Shown: positions 61,989 through 64,000 of the stretch, one piece after another
Layout: every line of letters begins with the position of its first letter
How positions within the stretch are numbered: position 1 is the first letter of the stretch
Assembly: GCA_963713805.1 (NCBI GenBank)
Contig: CAVQNF010000002.1
Location: 1 to 64,000 of the forward strand
Direction of reading: 5' to 3'
Length of the DNA: 64,000 nt
Source of the DNA: an uncultured Alphaproteobacteria bacterium
GTDB lineage: Bacteria > Pseudomonadota > Alphaproteobacteria > Rhizobiales > Beijerinckiaceae
Program-made: the position numbers and the translations under genes
Notes under the pieces: generated by a model
The model's database searches: none
What the model was told of the DNA's origin: nothing
The model's input: only the letters and a program-made list of their open reading frames with translations

Positions 61989-62945
61989 ATGTCCCGCCAT
62001 CCGAATTTCGAGCCGAAGGGCGTGATTCCTGCGTGCATTCTGCCGTTCCACGACGACCTGAGCATCGATGAGTCGTCATATCGCGATCACCTGCGTCATA
62101 CCGCCGGCATTCAAGGCGTCACCGCGATTACCGTAAATGCGCACGCGACCGAGATCGCCTCCTGCAGCTTCGAGGAGCAGCGGCGCATTCTCGACATGAC
62201 CATGGATGAAATCGGCGACCGGATGCCGGTCGTGAATGGTGTATATGCCGATGGCAGCGGCGAGGCCGCGCGCATTGCGGGCATGGCGGACGAAGGCGGC
62301 GCCTCCGCCTTGTTGGTCTTCCCGCCCAACCCGTTCGTCCTTGGACAAACGCCGGAGATGGTGTTGGCGCATTTCAAAGCGATCGCGGACGCGACCAACT
62401 TGCCGCTGATCGCCTTCCAGTATCCCCTTGCGGGCGGCCAAGGATATCCGATGGCGACACTGCTGCGGCTGGTGGAGGCCGTGCCGACCGTGCGGGCGAT
62501 CAAGGATTGGTGCAACGTCGTTCCGCAGCACGAACATCACATCCGCGTTTTGCAAAGCCTTCCGCGCCGCGTGAACGTGCTGTCCACGCACAGCTCCTGG
62601 CTGTTCAGCTCATTGGTGCTGGGGTGCCGCGGGCTGTTATCCGGAATGGGCAGCGTCGTCGCTGATCTTCAAAGTGCGCTATTCGCGGCAATACAGACCA
62701 ACGATCTCGTGCGCGCCCGCATGATCAACGACCGGCTGCGTCCGCTGGCCGCGGCATTCTATGCCGATCCGTTCGTCGACATGCACAACCGCATGAAGGC
62801 GTCACTGGTTCTGCTCGGCAGGATTCCCTGTGCGGCCGTGCGCCCACCGCTGGTCAGGGTTGGCGTTACGGAGATCGAGCGCATTCGCGTCGCGCTCGAG
62901 AAAGCGCAAGTGTCACGCGATGGAGCGATGCTGGAAGCGGCGTAA
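61989..62945 (+). CDS. Dihydrodipicolinate-synthase family (DapA-like) lyase
   Basis: ...KGVIPACILPFHDDLSIDESSYRDHLRHTAGIQGVTAITVNAHATE... in TIM-barrel DHDPS/NAL family order. Intact. Confidence 0.75.
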   Translation: MSRHPNFEPKGVIPACILPFHDDLSIDESSYRDHLRHTAGIQGVTAITVNAHATEIASCSFEEQRRILDMTMDEIGDRMPVVNGVYADGSGEAARIAGMADEGGASALLVFPPNPFVLGQTPEMVLAHFKAIADATNLPLIAFQYPLAGGQGYPMATLLRLVEAVPTVRAIKDWCNVVPQHEHHIRVLQSLPRRVNVLSTHSSWLFSSLVLGCRGLLSGMGSVVADLQSALFAAIQTNDLVRARMINDRLRPLAAAFYADPFVDMHNRMKASLVLLGRIPCAAVRPPLVRVGVTEIERIRVALEKAQVSRDGAMLEAA

Positions 62946-63099
62946 CCTGCACGTGTTGGTTGGTTCAAACATAAGTGTAAACTGTGTAGGTGCACGATGA
63001 GTATCATCAGCACGTCAACGTTCGGTTGGCGGACCGGCCATGGGTCACGATGCAATGATATCGAGAACGATATCGCCTTGCAGCTTTTCCGGCGGGAAT

Positions 63100-63339
63100 G
63101 GTCACTAAGCCCAAGGCGGATTTGGAAATCCATTCTCGTGCCGCCTCGGATGCTCGTACTGCCTCCGCCTTGTTTTCCCAGAAGCTGATCGACATCGCCT
63201 CACGACCACCGCAATCCACCACATGATAGGCTTTGAAGCCTGGCAAAGCCGTAACGATCGGAACAAATTCTTCTTTGATCCGCCGAAGAAGTTCTTCGCC
63301 GCTGCCCGCGAGCGTGTATCTGCGAACCGTGACATACAT
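63100..63339 (-). CDS. ABM-like small protein (C-terminus uncertain)
   Basis: MYVTVRRYTLAGSGEELLRRIKEEFVPIVTALPGFKAYHVVDCGGREAMSISFWENKAEA... Confidence 0.35.
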
Positions 63340-63516
63340 TTCCGCCTCCCAATCTGCCCGTGTGTGTTCAGCAGTTCAGGTTCGGTCGACGAACCGAGCT
63401 ATGTCAATCGCGTCTCAGATCGCCCATGGATCGCCCTTGCCGCTCATCGCTTATTCAGCCGTACTGCCTGCCGTAGAGCGTCCGTCATTTTCTCCTGGAA
63501 GGGAGCTGCACACAAT

Positions 63517-63912
63517 ATGAAAAAGAGCGCAACGACCAAGGGCGAATCCCCTTCTCGGCTGATCGACGCGAGGATCAAGGAACTGGACGACTGGAGGGGC
63601 AAGACGCTCTCTCATGTCCGCGCTCTCATCAAGCAGGCGGACCCCGAAGTGGTCGAGGAGTGGAAGTGGAGAGGCGTTCCGGTGTGGTCTCACGATGGAA
63701 TCATCTGCACCGGCGAGACGTATAAGAGCGTCGTGAAGCTGACTTTCGCCAAGGGCGCCTCGCTCGAGGATCCTTCAGGCCTGTTCAACTCCAGCCTCGA
63801 AGGCAACACCAGGCGCGCTATCGATTTCCATGAAGATGATGAAATAGATGAGGATGCCTTCAAGACGCTCATACGTGCTGCTGTGGCCCTGAACAGGTCT
63901 AAAGCCCGATAA
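63517..63912 (+). CDS. DUF1801 (YdhG-like) domain protein
   Basis: GGAAGGGAG RBS. MKKSATTKGESPSRLIDARIKELDDWRGKTLSHVRALIKQADPEVVEEWKWRGVPVWSHDGIICTGETYKSVVKLTFAKGASL... Confidence 0.6.
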   Translation: MKKSATTKGESPSRLIDARIKELDDWRGKTLSHVRALIKQADPEVVEEWKWRGVPVWSHDGIICTGETYKSVVKLTFAKGASLEDPSGLFNSSLEGNTRRAIDFHEDDEIDEDAFKTLIRAAVALNRSKAR

Positions 63913-64000
63913 TCGAATGCGGCTCCTCAAGGTTTGACGCCTATCGTAACCTTGACGCCCCGACCGCGCCCTTGCTGCCATACCAACCGACACGGGCGCT

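Overview
This is a high-GC (about 65%) accessory region that looks alphaproteobacterial (Rhizobiales-like) from the gene content. The organism guess rests on btaAB, PF04392-type substrate-binding proteins, small GIY-YIG genes and Csu-type pili. I found no rRNA, tRNA or CRISPR.

Left to right, the window contains:
- a family-5 ABC substrate-binding protein and a cytochrome P450;
- a short graveyard of mobile-element fragments (IS630-like and serine-recombinase-like remnants);
- an intact polar-amino-acid ABC transporter (ATPase, substrate-binding protein, permease);
- an approximately 23-kb stretch (8.2-31.3 kb) in which nearly every gene is broken by frameshifts, namely:
  - btaA and btaB (betaine-lipid synthesis);
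  - a P1B-type ATPase;
  - a tandem trio of SPFH/HflKC-like genes;
  - an orphan FHA/TpsA-like exoprotein;
  - a TonB-dependent receptor;
  - a SelA-like PLP enzyme and a gluconate-5-dehydrogenase-like SDR;
  - the phnW-phnA-phnY 2-aminoethylphosphonate pathway;
  - a DeoR regulator;
- a largely intact right half, including:
  - a GH1 beta-glucosidase and a FecR-domain protein with a roughly 30-proline linker;
  - a Spy/CpxP-like protein;
  - a complete Csu-type (archaic) chaperone-usher pilus operon;
  - a glycine-rich repetitive secreted protein;
  - a DUF2235 (Tle1-like) hydrolase and TspO;
  - YihY;
  - a secreted His/Gly-rich repeat protein;
  - a PF04392 substrate-binding protein, an SDR, a flavoprotein disulfide oxidoreductase and a DHDPS-family enzyme.

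The most unusual structure is a family of roughly 85-bp double-hairpin palindromic elements with 8-bp terminal inverted repeats (ccgctcat...atgagcgg). They sit in inverted arrays on both sides of a small GIY-YIG nuclease gene, alongside 28-bp tandem repeats, and one copy is inserted in frame inside the FHA-like gene. The repeat motif itself supplies the GIY-YIG start codon.

I cannot tell from sequence alone whether the frameshifts are genuine pseudogenes or indel errors confined to part of the assembly.
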